The position numbers were made by a program, and so were the translations under genes. From Raja brachyura (Eukaryota), in the NCBI GenBank assembly GCA_963514005.1, contig OY740798.1:51584001-51648000 (forward strand): a DNA stretch of 64,000 nucleotides. The letters are read 5' to 3'. This document shows, one piece after another, positions 1 through 10,647 of this stretch (the first letter of the stretch is position 1; every line of letters begins with the position of its first letter). The notes under the pieces are model-generated. The model worked only from the letters and a program-made list of their open reading frames with translations, ran no database searches and was not told the DNA's origin.

Positions 1-8
1 AAAAATAT

Positions 9-883
9 TTTTAAGGTTTGTTCTGTTTAGTTTTTATTAACTCCTTAAGGTGCGGAGTTATCTAATATTATCTATCTTACGGAAGCTTTCATTAACAACC
101 ACCGTTGGGTGGTATTCACTAGCAGCATCCTTATATGCTGTAATTTTTGTGATAATATCCTAGTTAATAATGAAATATTTTATAATTAGAATGGATTAAG
201 TAAAATATTAGCTTGAGTATAGCCTGAGTATAACCCAGCTTTTTCTGGGTGCTGAAATAAGCTGAGGTTTGCAGAAATGTGGGAATCAGGAAATTGGAGG
301 CCAGCTTTCAAACTGCGTCCAAGCTGCTTCCTGCTGTGCCCAAGCAAAATATATTGACAATGGTGAAAGGGGATGTACTTCCTGAGAAGGTTCTGGCCTC
401 TGTAAACAGAAGCCTTAAGAGAGGATAAGCTTTCTGAAACGTTGGAAGTTTCTGCATTCTGAAACTTCTGTGGGCAATTGATAAGGGTCCTTACATTATT
501 TAAGAAGGTACTGCAGTTGGTAGACCTTTGACTAACTTCCCGTTATTTGGGGGTTTCGTAACTAAAGTTTGTGATCAATATAACCATAGCATGAGAAGGA
601 TTGTATCAGTGACAAGCATGCTTTGAATGGGTAGAGCTGTGATTGATATGTTAGACGTCATTGCTGCAAATCTGTATAAACATGTGACTATTTTTCCGAA
701 ATACTATAAAGGATGCTGTATGTCTTCATTCATTAGAGTGGTGCCCTAGGAGGAGTTAAGTGTCTGCTGAATGCTTGACTTTGTATCTCCTAACACTCTC
801 TCTGGCTAAGTGATCATTAAAGCTTGTATTGGTTTTACCTAGCTTATTGTAAGTTGTTTGTTTTAAGAAAATGAACCTTAACA
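9..883 (+). mobile_element. Possible solo LTR (LTR-retroelement/ERV-like)
   Basis: Ends in AACCTTAACA (874-883), the reverse complement of T(T)TTAAGGTT at 9-18 with 1 mismatch. TATAAA at 705-710 is followed by ATTAAA at 816-821 and a terminal CA. No TSD found, and the left end is at the window edge. Confidence 0.35.
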
Positions 884-1420
884 TTTGTTGTTTCTCTTTT
901 TCACTTTCTAATTTCTTTACTAAATATCTCATCTATCTTTACTAATGCACATTTTTCTTGGGGATATCTCTGGGGGATGGGGAAATGGGGATAGGGCTCA
1001 CCCACCCAGCATTTAAAGGAAATATTTCAAATAATATGTAGGACCATTTAAATCAAAAGAGACCATGTAAGCTTTAAAATGCAAGATGATGTAGCCAGGG
1101 CCGGCCTTAGGAGGTGCAGGGCCCAATTGGGAATTTTTTTGTAGAAATATAAATAAATAATTATAAATGAGTCACGTGTCATGAGTAACATGGACTGACT
1201 ACCCACACGCTGTGAAAGGAACTCCCCCCCCCCCCCCCCTTATCCAGCAGTGCTGTCCTTTTTCAGCCGCTTCCCATCAGCTGCTAGCAATGGGGGATAG
1301 ACTTGGCTATATCTCAGTACAGCAACATTGTTCTTGATGTTGCTGTACTGAGGGATAACGAAGTCTATCTTTCTTGGCTAACAACCTAACCGTCAGCCTC
1401 CAAGATGCAGCTACATTTTC

Positions 1421-2898
1421 TAGCAATGTTACAAAATTTTGAGATTTTAAAAATCAAGCCTGCAATTTATCCCATCAGATAAAGCATAAAAAGTTTTAAT
1501 TTGACACCTAATTCACTTTCATATCGTCAGTATTAAAAAAAGTTATGGCCATTTTCATACTCGGAAATTAGCATCTTGTCCCTATTGCTTTTCCATTGAC
1601 TTAACACAAAAGCTGTGATCGAGGACAGTCAAAAGCCCATAACTTTCTTAAAAATTAAGAGAACTGAATGAAATTTTCAGTTATTATAGATTGAAGCATT
1701 CTGAAACAAATATAAAACATCTTACTTGGGTAACATGAAATTAAAGCATATAATTAGTTAATTACCTAATTGTAGCTAAATACAAAATTGACCGTTGTGA
1801 AAATTCAAATATGTGATATTTTCAAGATCAGAACTTTAATATTATTGTATTATACGCTGTAAGTCCGTAACAGATAGGTAAATAAATTACAATTTCTAGC
1901 AATAGACCAAGTCTTTATAGAGAAGATCAGTTGCTAGCTGGTACGTTGGCAGATCATAACCAGTAGCATCATCACACTCCTCAGATTGTAACCAATAAGC
2001 AACTCTGTACACCTTGTTTTTCCTCAACTTTTCAATTTTGGCATTGTACACTACAAGTTTTTGCTCTTCAAACCACACATGACATGCCTTTCTGCCCATT
2101 ACTTTCCCATTAAGAATGTCCTGTAGATCCAATTTCTTAAGAAAAAGATAATTTAAAAAAATAGTTTGTTATTTGGAAACTTAGGCTAATCCGATTTACA
2201 CAAGAAATCACAATATAACATGATTTTTAAATCTCAGTCATGAATTTATATGCCAGAAGTAATTAATGTTTAATTCCCTTAAATTAATCTAGAAACGTCC
2301 ACTCAAGATGAACAAAATTATTTTTTGCACAATACATGTGTATATTTAGTATAAAAATATTGACTATGGATAGACAATAACACAAAATATAGACGATTTA
2401 GATGCTCTTACGACATGATTGTCCAACAAAATTGAGCATTTAAATCATCTTGAGAGTGGGTGTTTCTGGAATGCGATTGATTATAACGTTGCCGATGCAG
2501 TGAGTTTTAACCCCATATCGGCAGGAAAGACACTGCCGGTTCGTATGGGGCCCAAATAACATTTTCGCAACGTAAAATTAGATTAAAGCCATCCCAAGAA
2601 GCAAGATTATATGTAAAATAAACGACTTACCCTCTGTTTTGTCCTGTTATTACGATCCGTTACGTTGTAGGCGTTGAGGGCGTTCAAAGTCCCATTTTAT
2701 TTTAATCCAATTATTAAATTGTCTGGTGTTTAAAAAAAAAAGCCAGGAACGGAAGTGTGATCGATTTTCTTCATCAGCTAGCAGATACAAGCGATACAAA
2801 CCTGAATTTTAATCCCCCCCCTCAATGGCACTAAAGTTGCACACACGGCCATTGGCAGAACTGCAGCGCTGCTGAAGGTAGGTTTTGTAACATCGCTA
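1421..2898 (-). mobile_element. Non-autonomous TIR DNA transposon (hAT-like, TAG...CTA termini, 7-bp TSD)
   Basis: 16-bp TIRs TAGCAATGTTACAAAA (1421-1436) and TTTTGTAACATCGCTA (2883-2898), 1 mismatch. Flanking direct repeat CATTTTC at 1414-1420 and 2899-2905. Confidence 0.8.
1896..2135 (-). pseudogene. Residual coding segment inside the DNA transposon (putative terminal transposase exon, Tudor/Spin-like)
   Basis: 78-aa protein-like ORF (GRKACHVWFEE...YRVAYW...YQLATDLLYKDL) in AT-rich DNA. It is preceded on the minus strand by a pyrimidine tract and AG (TATCTTTTTCTTAAG). Confidence 0.45.
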
Positions 2899-3503
2899 CA
2901 TTTTCGTGTCTTTTGGGTAAAAAATAGCATCTTCATTGCTGGGAAATACAGTATTAAAAACATTTAGTTCAAAGAAATGTACTTACCACATTATTTGTAC
3001 ACAACTCCATTCTTCTCTCTTTGATACTCATAAGATAATGACAATCCATGTTTGAAAAACCCGCCAAGAAACTTGCGCTGCGCATGTGCAGTAGCCTGCT
3101 GCGCATGCACAATACACGGTCCACTCTGCAAAGGCAGAATTTCAGCTGCCTTCAGCTCCCCTTGTCATTGGCGGATTGGAGCAGCGCCGAAGTCAGCTGC
3201 ACACACTTTCCCGTATTACATGTACTGAGCAGTGAAAGGCACAGAGAATTATGCCTACCTAAGAAATCGATCTCTTAGGTGGGCATAATTCTCCCGTGCC
3301 TTTATTATTTATATTTAATAATTATTATATAATTTTAGTCAGGGTAGGCAGTGCCTTCCTTGCCTACCTTGACGGCACGTGACGGGTCATTATTATGGCC
3401 TTTTATGGGAAAGTTATCTTTCTTGCTTTTTTCTCTGCAAAGTCTTTTAGAATTTTGTCAAAGTTTAAACTCCTGCTAATTTCAGATTCAATGGACATTC
3501 AAT

Positions 3504-4062
3504 GCACCACCATTCAATGTGATCATGGCTGATCATCCACAATCAGTACCCCGTTCCTGCCTTCTCCCCATATCCCCTGACTCAGCTATTTTCAAGAGCC
3601 CTATCAAGCTCGCTCTTGAAAGCATCCAGAGAACCTGCCTCCACCGCCCACTGAGGCAGAGAATTCCACAGACGCACCACTCTGTGAGAAAAAGTGTTTC
3701 CTCATCTCCGTTCTAAATGGCTTACCCCTTATTCTTAAACTGTGGCCCCTGGTTTTGGACACCCCCAACATCGGGAACATGTTTCCTGCCTCTGGTGTGT
3801 CCAAGCCCTTAACAATCTTATATGTTTCAATGAGATTGCCTCTCATCCTTCTAAATTCCAGAGTGTACAAGCCCAGCTGCTCCATTCTCTCAGCATATGA
3901 CAGTCCCACCATCCCGGGAATTAACCTTGTAAACCTACGCTGCACTCCCTCAATAGCAGGAATGTCCTTCCTCAAATTAGGGGACCAAAACTACACACAA
4001 TACTCCAGGTGCGGTCTCACTAGAACTCTGGACAACTGCAGAAGGAGCTCTTTGCTCCTATA
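3504..4062 (-). mobile_element. CR1 LINE 3' fragment (continues at ~8081-8116 after nested insertions)
   Basis: ORF 3604-3975 RKDIPAIEGVQRRFTRLIPG...FRTEMRKHFFSQ is the CR1 ORF2 C-terminus. The sequence resumes at 8081 (TCGATTCCTCTTGTTATAA), as in the uninterrupted copy near 35240. Confidence 0.9.
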
Positions 4063-4493
4063 GGAGGTCCAGAACAAGGGGTCACAGTCTAAGGATAAGG
4101 GGGAATTCCTTTAGGACCGAGATGAGGAAAACATTTTTCACACAGAGAGTGGTGAGTCTCTGGAATTTCATTTCGGAGTCACGTGAGTGACTTCGTGAAG
4201 AGCCCGCCGGCGCGCATGCTCTCGAAGAGAGTCAAAGAGCTTGACGAACAAGCCAAGACGGTGGGGATCATGCGCTCTCAGAGTGCCCCACACCGTCAGG
4301 CTCAAAAGCTCCATACATTCGCTCATGAGGGTTTGCCAGTACCTCGAGGAGGACCCACCCTCTAGTTCCACAACGACAACAACACCAGACCAGCACCAAG
4401 GGTCTTTTTTAGGACAGGGTCGGCAGAGACCTTGGTGGGAAACGAAGACGCCGCGCCCTCAAGCCAACCCAGCACCTCCACGGCCACCCACAC

Positions 4494-6423
4494 ATGTCAA
4501 GGACCGCCGGTAACCACGGAGGTGAGGGGGTCTGGTTTTCTCTTTTCTCTTTGTTTAACTTCACATGTTGGTGGTCGCCTTCGGTTGTTTTTGGGTGCAT
4601 GGGTAAATTTACTGGTGACGAGTGTGTGTTGCAGAATATTCAGGGGCATAAAATTGAGTTTATTAATGGCGACATTCCTCCATCCCAGCACATGCCCGGT
4701 CGAATGTTTAAATTATATGCTGCAGAACAGGTAGCAGGTTACAAGGAAATTTTAAGGATTGAGAAAATGGTGCATGAGCCAGTTGAATTTGTTTCGAAGA
4801 TATTCACTAGACCTAAGGAGGATGGAGGCTGTCGTGTTATTATTGATCTAACCCGTTTGAATACGTTTGTAACATATACTCATTTTAAAATGGATACGTT
4901 TGAAACAGCCAAATCATTGGTTTCTCATGGTTGCTTTATGGCATGCATCGATTTGAGGGATGCATATTATTCAGTATCCATCCAGAAATATGATAGAAGG
5001 TTTTTGAAATTTATCTGGATGGGGCAACTTTGGCAGTATAAGGCTTTGCCTAATGGGCTCACTACAGCCCCTAGATTGTTCACTAAATTGGTGAAGCCAA
5101 TCATGGCTTATTTGAGACAACGACATCATATAGTAATGGCCTATTTAGATGATATCTTTATTGTGGGCCACACCCTGGAATTGGCTGAACAGGGTGTTGC
5201 AGCTGCTGTCAATATATTTCAACAATTGGGATTCATTGTCCATCCAGAGAAATCGAAGTTCTGCCCTGCCCAGGTAATTAATTACCTAGGGTTCACGGTG
5301 AACTCAATGAGCATGAGGGAAACCATACCAATTAACAAAATTGAGGAGGTCACTCAGGTGTGCAGAGATTTAATTGGCACCAATATACCATCGATTCGGC
5401 ATACAGCCACAGTAATTGGCAAGCTAGTGGCTTTGTTTCCGGCAGCACGATATGGACCTTTGCATTATCAGAATTTGCAAAGAGCTAAAATTACTGCGTT
5501 AAAATGGAACGCTGGTCATTATGATCGATCAATGCAGCTGCCGTCCGAAGCAATAAATGAGTTGCAATGGTGGGTGTGTCACATTAGCAGCTCATTCAAG
5601 CCCATCAGGGAGGCTAATCCGGTGGTATATTTGCAGACTGATGCAAGCTCCAATGGCTGGGGAGCTACAGATAATTGCTCTCGTTGTGGGGGCAGATGGG
5701 ACACCCTTGAGTCAACGATGTTCTTGACTCAAGGGTTTAACTATTTGGAGTTGCTGGCAGCATTCCACGGACTTCGTGTGTATTGTTCCAAGCTTGTTGG
5801 AGCACACGTCCGTTTCCAAATAGACAACATCACAGCTGTGGCATATTTAAACCATATGGGTGGTACCAGGTCAGTTTCATGTGACAAATTGGCTAACTCA
5901 ATTTGGCTCTGGTGTATTCAAAGAGATTTTGGATTTCAGCTACCTATTTGCCAGGTGAGCTTAATACTGTGGCGGACACCAGGTCACGCAAATTCAATGA
6001 CAATATTGAATGGATGTTGCATCCCGAAATTTTTGCTAAAGTCACAGCCAAATTTGGTAAACCGGACATTGACCTTTTGCGTCACGGTTGAACCATCAGG
6101 TATCAACATACGTTTCATGGGAACCAGATCCTGGGGCAATAGCGCTAGATGCATTCTCGCTGGACTGGGGGAATTGGTTTTTCTATGCATTCCCCTCGTT
6201 TTGCCTCATCAGTCGGGTACTGCGAAAGATTCAGGCAGATGCTGCCAAGGGCATCCTTATTATACCCGACTGGCCTACACGGCCTTGGTGTCCGGTGGTC
6301 TTTGACATGCTCAATCGAACCTTGGGTCCTTTTGAAGGGTTGCCCAGAATTGGTTACTCACCCTGTCTCAGGGGAGCCACATCCCTGCCATGGCTATTTA
6401 ATTTGTTGGCTTGCAGGTTCTGA
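4494..6423 (+). pseudogene. DIRS pol: reverse transcriptase, RNase H and DNA N6-adenine methyltransferase-like domain (frameshifted)
   Basis: RT motifs IDLRDAYYSV, LPNGLTTAPRLFTK and YLDD. RNaseH motifs QTDASSNGWG, NYLEL and IDNITAVAYLN. MT-like motifs PDIDL, DAFSLDW and YAFPSF lie in shifted frames 5903-6423. Confidence 0.9.
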
Positions 6424-6429
6424 ACAGGC

Positions 6430-7384
6430 CGTTAGTCCAATACGGCCTCTCAACTCGGACCATTGGATACCATCAGGGCGTCATGTCGAGAGTCAACAAG
6501 GCGAAGATACCGCTCGCAGATTAAGAAGTGGGAGCCTACTGCAGCCGCTCTCGCATCACGTACGATGACGTGACAATAACTGACGTCCTGGAATTCCTCG
6601 TGGGGTTGTACCATGATCAACACTTAAGTTACAGTGCCATCAACAGCGCCAGGAGCGCGCTGTCATTCTATCTCAAGATTGAGGTAGGATCCAACAGGCT
6701 AGTGTCCAGACTCATGCGGGGTATATTCAATATGAATCCGCCTACACCACGCTATGATATCACCTGGGATGTCAGGGACGTATTAAACCTGCTCAGGACG
6801 TGGTCTCCCATGGAAGGGATCCAACTGGACAAACTCATCATGAAACTGGTGATGTTACTAGCGCTGACTTCAGCAGAGGGTACAAACACTACACAAACGA
6901 TGTGTTGACAGGATGATATCTACCCCTATGGAAGTAGTCTTCGTCGTTGATGAGCTACTAAAGCAGCATAGACCTGGGTGCACAGGGCTGCAGCTGAAGT
7001 TCCCGGAATACCCCGCAGATGCTAGGCTGTGTTCAGCCTCACGTATTCGTCACTATGTCAAGGTGACGGCACGCATCAGAGGAATGGAGAGATACCGGCT
7101 TGTCTCATCATCAAGTGACAGTCCAGACGATATCCAGGTGGCTTCGAGTCGTCTTGGGTAAGTCAGGTATCGACACTAATGTGTTCAAGTTTTACTCCAC
7201 CAGGGCTGCATTGACATCAAAGGCAAGGATTATGAAGGTGCCTATGGGCCAGATCCTCGCCATAGCAGGATGGGCTAATGAAGCTGTGTGTCAGCGATTT
7301 TATAACAAGCCTGTTGCTGCTCCTCTACAGTTCGCAGAAGCCGTGCTGAATGCAGGTCAAGAACGCGGAGATGTCCCCGCATGA
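6430..7384 (+). pseudogene. DIRS tyrosine recombinase (frameshifted)
   Basis: SYSAINSARSALS, RLMRGIFNMNPPTPRY, KLVMLLALTS, TISRWLR, (H)STRAA, AGW...FYNKP. Confidence 0.9.
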
Positions 7385-8162
7385 GGGGATTTGATTTGTT
7401 ATTAACAAATATGCTCTTGTTTTGCAGTATGATCTATTTGAGCAAGTTTGTTCCTCCCATCCATCCCTGGTAGTGGTGTGTCTGCATGGACGTGGTCCAG
7501 GGCGTGTAATCACAGAAGCTTTGAAGTCTTCACGAAGTCACTCACGTGACTCCGAAATGAAATAGTAAGATTGAACGAGAACTTACCAGTTCGAAGGTTG
7601 ATCATTATTTCATGAGGAGTCGAAGTGAGGGATTTCGTGCCCTCCTCGCCCACCCTCAATCACCTTCATCTGGTAATCTTAGTCACTTCAATCTTACTAT
7701 CCAAAGTCATTTCTTTTGTTGGTTTCTGTGATTCCACGCCGCTACTTTGAAGTATGTCGAGCATGCGCGCCGGCGGGCTCTTCACGAAATCCCTCACTTC
7801 GACTCCTCATGAAATAATGATCAACCTTCGAACTGGTAAGTTCTCGTTCAATCTTACTATTCTCTGCCATGGAAGGTAGTTGAAGCCAGTTCATTGGTGA
7901 TATTTAAGAGGGAGTTAGATGTGGCCCTTGTGGCTAAAGGGATCAGGGGGTATGGAGAGAAGGCAGGTACAGGATACTGAGTTGGATGATCAGCCATGAT
8001 CATATTGAATGGCAGTGCAGGCTCGAAGGGCCGAATGGCCTACTCCTGCACCTATTTTCTATGTTTCTATGTTTCTATATTCGATTCCTCTTGTTATAAA
8101 TGCCAACATGCCATTTCTTAGCGCTAACGGTAGGTATTCGGGAAACGTGGTAACTCGTGAAG

Positions 8163-8184
8163 ATTTTTCAACATGTTGAAAAAT
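8163..8184. repeat. Perfect 22-bp palindrome ATTTTTCAACATGTTGAAAAAT (likely part of a MITE remnant ~8130-8280)
   Basis: Self-reverse-complementary 22-mer. Confidence 0.6.
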
Positions 8185-8344
8185 GTCCACATGTAAAATA
8201 TACTCGGGATGTAAAAATTTGATACTTTTTAACACGTAGTCATACCGTAGTAGCTCGTGAGTTTACCATAGTAGGACCTGGTGTCCTATATCACTATTGT
8301 ATGTTCATGATGGAAATAAGAATGTATATACATTATACAATAAT

Positions 8345-8942
8345 TGTAGGAGGCATGGTGTAAATGAGGTGCTAGATGAGTATAAAGAATGTAAAAAGAA
8401 TCTTAAGAAATAAATAAGAAAAGCTAAAAGAAGATATGAGGTTGCTTTGGCAAGAAAGGTGAAAGTAAATCCAAAGAGTTTCTACAGTTATATTAATAGC
8501 AAAAGGATAACGAGGAATAAAATTGGACCATTAGAGAGCCAGAATGGACAGCTATCTGCAGAGCCAAAAGAGATGGGGGAGATATTGAACAATTTCTTTT
8601 CTTCGGTATTCACCAAGGAGAAGGATATTGAACTCTGTGAGGTAAGGGAAAAAAGTAGAGTAGCTATGGAAACTATGAGATTCAAAGAGGAGGAAGTACT
8701 GACACTTTTGAAAAATATAAAAGTGGATAAGTCTCCAGGTCCTGACAAGATATTCCCTAGGACATTGAAGGACGTTAGTGTAGAAATAGCAGAAATATTT
8801 CAAATGTCATTAGAAACGGGAATAGTGCCGGAGGATTGGCGTACTGCGCATGTTTTTCCTTTGTTTAAAAAGGGTTCAAAGAATAAACCTAGCAATTATA
8901 AACCTGTTAGTTTGACGTCAGTGATGGGCAAATTAATGGAAA
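8345..8942 (+). mobile_element. CR1 ORF2 internal fragment
   Basis: NPKSFYSYI, LNNFFSSVFTKE, KSPGPDKIFPRTLK, VPEDWRTAHVFPLFKKG. Confidence 0.9.
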
Positions 8943-8955
8943 GCCGTTGGAGACA

Positions 8956-9309
8956 GTTGGAGACAGAGGGTGGAGCTACCTGCTGTGAGTATAAACCTAG
9001 CGCGGGGCTTGCTTTTCACAGAGGCCCGGGGAGCCGTTGGAGACAGAGGGTGGAGCTACCTGCTGTGAGTATAAACCTAGCGCGGGGCTTGCTTTTCACA
9101 GAGGCCCAGGGAGCCGTTGGAGACACAGGGTGGAGCTACCTGCTGTGAGTATAAAGCTAGTGCGGGGCTTGCTTTTCACAGAGGCCCGGGGAGCCGTTGG
9201 AGACAGAGGGTGGAGCTACCTGCTGTGAGTATAAATCTAGCGCGGGGCTTACTTTTCACAGAGGCCCGGGGAGCCGTGGGTCAGTGAGGGTGGAGCTACC
9301 TGCTGTGAG
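8956..9309 (+). repeat. ~4.4 x 80-bp tandem repeat; each full unit contains TATAAA
   Basis: Units start at 8956, 9036, 9116, 9196 and 9276 (GTTGGAGACAGAGGGTGGAGCTACCTGCTGTGAGTATAAA...). Followed by a 16-bp repeat TAAGGATTCTGGGTGC x~3.5 at ~9454-9510. Confidence 0.95.
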
Positions 9310-9699
9310 ACCGAAATCTGCAACGTTCCATCTTCCAGTGAGGGAATCTGGTGGGGAATCTGGTGTAGCCTCTGATTGGTTGAAGAGGACCAGAGGAAGC
9401 AGCTGATTGGCTGCAACGCGGGGTTTACATTTCTCCATTTCTGCCTTCAGGTTTAAGGATTCTGGGTGCTAAGGATTCTGGGTGCTAAGGATTCTGGGTG
9501 TTAGGGATTCGTTATTTATTAGTAAAGTTTAAAGAATNNNNNNNNNNNNNNNNNNNNNNNNNNNNNNNNNNNNNNNNNNNNNNNNNNNNNNNNNNNNNNN
9601 NNNNNNNNNNNNNNNNNNNNNNNNNNNNNNNNNNNNNNNNNNNNNNNNNNNNNNNNNNNNNNNNNNNNNNNNNNNNNNNNNNNNNNNNNNNNNNNTAAG

Positions 9700-10647
9700 A
9701 TGTCAGTGGAGATTGGCCCCATGGTTTGCTCAGCCTGCAACATGTGGGAGATCAGGGATATGGTCGGTGTCCCTGATGACTACATTTGCAGGAAGTGTGT
9801 CCAGCTGCAGCTCCTGGCAGACCGCATTGAACGATTGGAGCTGCGGCTGGATTCATACTGGAGCATCCACGATGCAGAGAAAGTCGTGGACAGCACATAC
9901 AGCGAGTTGGTCACGCCACAGGTAAAAGGTAAGAGGACAGAAAGGGAGCGGGTGGCCAATAGCCAGCAAAGCAGTAGGCAGATAGTGCAGGAGTCTCCTG
10001 CGGTCATCTCCCTACTCAACAGGTTTACCATTTTGGATACTGTTGAGGGAGATGGCTCATCAGGGGAATGCAGCAGCAGCCAAGTTCATGGCACCATGGG
10101 TGGCTCTGCAGCACATGATGGGGGAAAAAAGAGGGGAAGGGCTATTGTAATAGGGGATTCAATTGTCAGGGGAATAGATAGGCGTTTCTGCGGCCGCAAA
10201 AGAGACTCCAGGATGGTATGTTGCCTCCCTGGTGCAAAGGTCAGGGATGTTACTGAACGGCTGCAGAACATTCAGGAGGGGGAGGGTGAACAGCCAGTTG
10301 TCGTGGTGCATATTGGCACCAACGATATAGGGAAAAAAAGGGATGAGGTCCTACAAGGTGAATTTAGGGAGCTAGGAGATAAACTCAAAAGTAGGACCTC
10401 AAAGGTAATAATCTCTGGATTATTACCAGTACCACGGGCCAGTCAGAGTAGAAATAGGAGGATATTGCAGATGAATACGTGGCTTGAAAAATGGTGCAAG
10501 GGGGAGGGATTCAAATTTTTAGGGCACTGGAACCAATTCTGGGGGAGGTGGGACCAGTACAAACAGGACGGTCTGCACCTGGGCTGGAATGGAACCAATG
10601 TCCTTGGGGGAGTGTTTGCTAGTGCTGTCGGGGAGGATTTAAACTAA
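9700..10647 (+). CDS. CR1 ORF1p: zinc finger/coiled coil + SGNH esterase domain (intact, 315 aa)
   Basis: CSAC...CRKC zinc finger and leucine heptads LQLLADRIERLELRL. SGNH blocks VIGDSIVR, CLPGA, HIGTND and DGLHL. Confidence 0.9.
   Translation: MSVEIGPMVCSACNMWEIRDMVGVPDDYICRKCVQLQLLADRIERLELRLDSYWSIHDAEKVVDSTYSELVTPQVKGKRTERERVANSQQSSRQIVQESPAVISLLNRFTILDTVEGDGSSGECSSSQVHGTMGGSAAHDGGKKRGRAIVIGDSIVRGIDRRFCGRKRDSRMVCCLPGAKVRDVTERLQNIQEGEGEQPVVVVHIGTNDIGKKRDEVLQGEFRELGDKLKSRTSKVIISGLLPVPRASQSRNRRILQMNTWLEKWCKGEGFKFLGHWNQFWGRWDQYKQDGLHLGWNGTNVLGGVFASAVGEDLN

Larger units (their letters stand above)
4165..7861 (+). mobile_element. DIRS1-type tyrosine-recombinase retrotransposon (gag mostly deleted)
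   Basis: Inverted terminal repeats (~4192-4221 vs ~7759-7789) and an internal complementary region 7528-7639 matching both termini. ATT at both ends. Contains RT/RNaseH, methyltransferase and YR coding remnants. Confidence 0.95.
4063..8077 (+). mobile_element. CR1 LINE 3' fragment split by a DIRS insertion (4063-4164 and 7862-8077)
   Basis: GTGAGTCTCTGGA|ATT|CTCTGCC rejoins across the DIRS element. Ends in a (TTCTATGT)n CR1 tail. Confidence 0.9.

Noticed and set aside
1096-3390. One large hAT element enclosing 1421-2898
   Set aside because: The left terminus CAGGGCCGGCCTTAG has no matching right TIR; the terminus-like sequence near 3340-3385 is of a different type, so boundaries cannot be supported.
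8956-9309. Regularly spaced repeats as a CRISPR array
   Set aside because: Units are contiguous 80-bp tandem copies with no unique spacers, there are no cas genes, and the context is eukaryotic.
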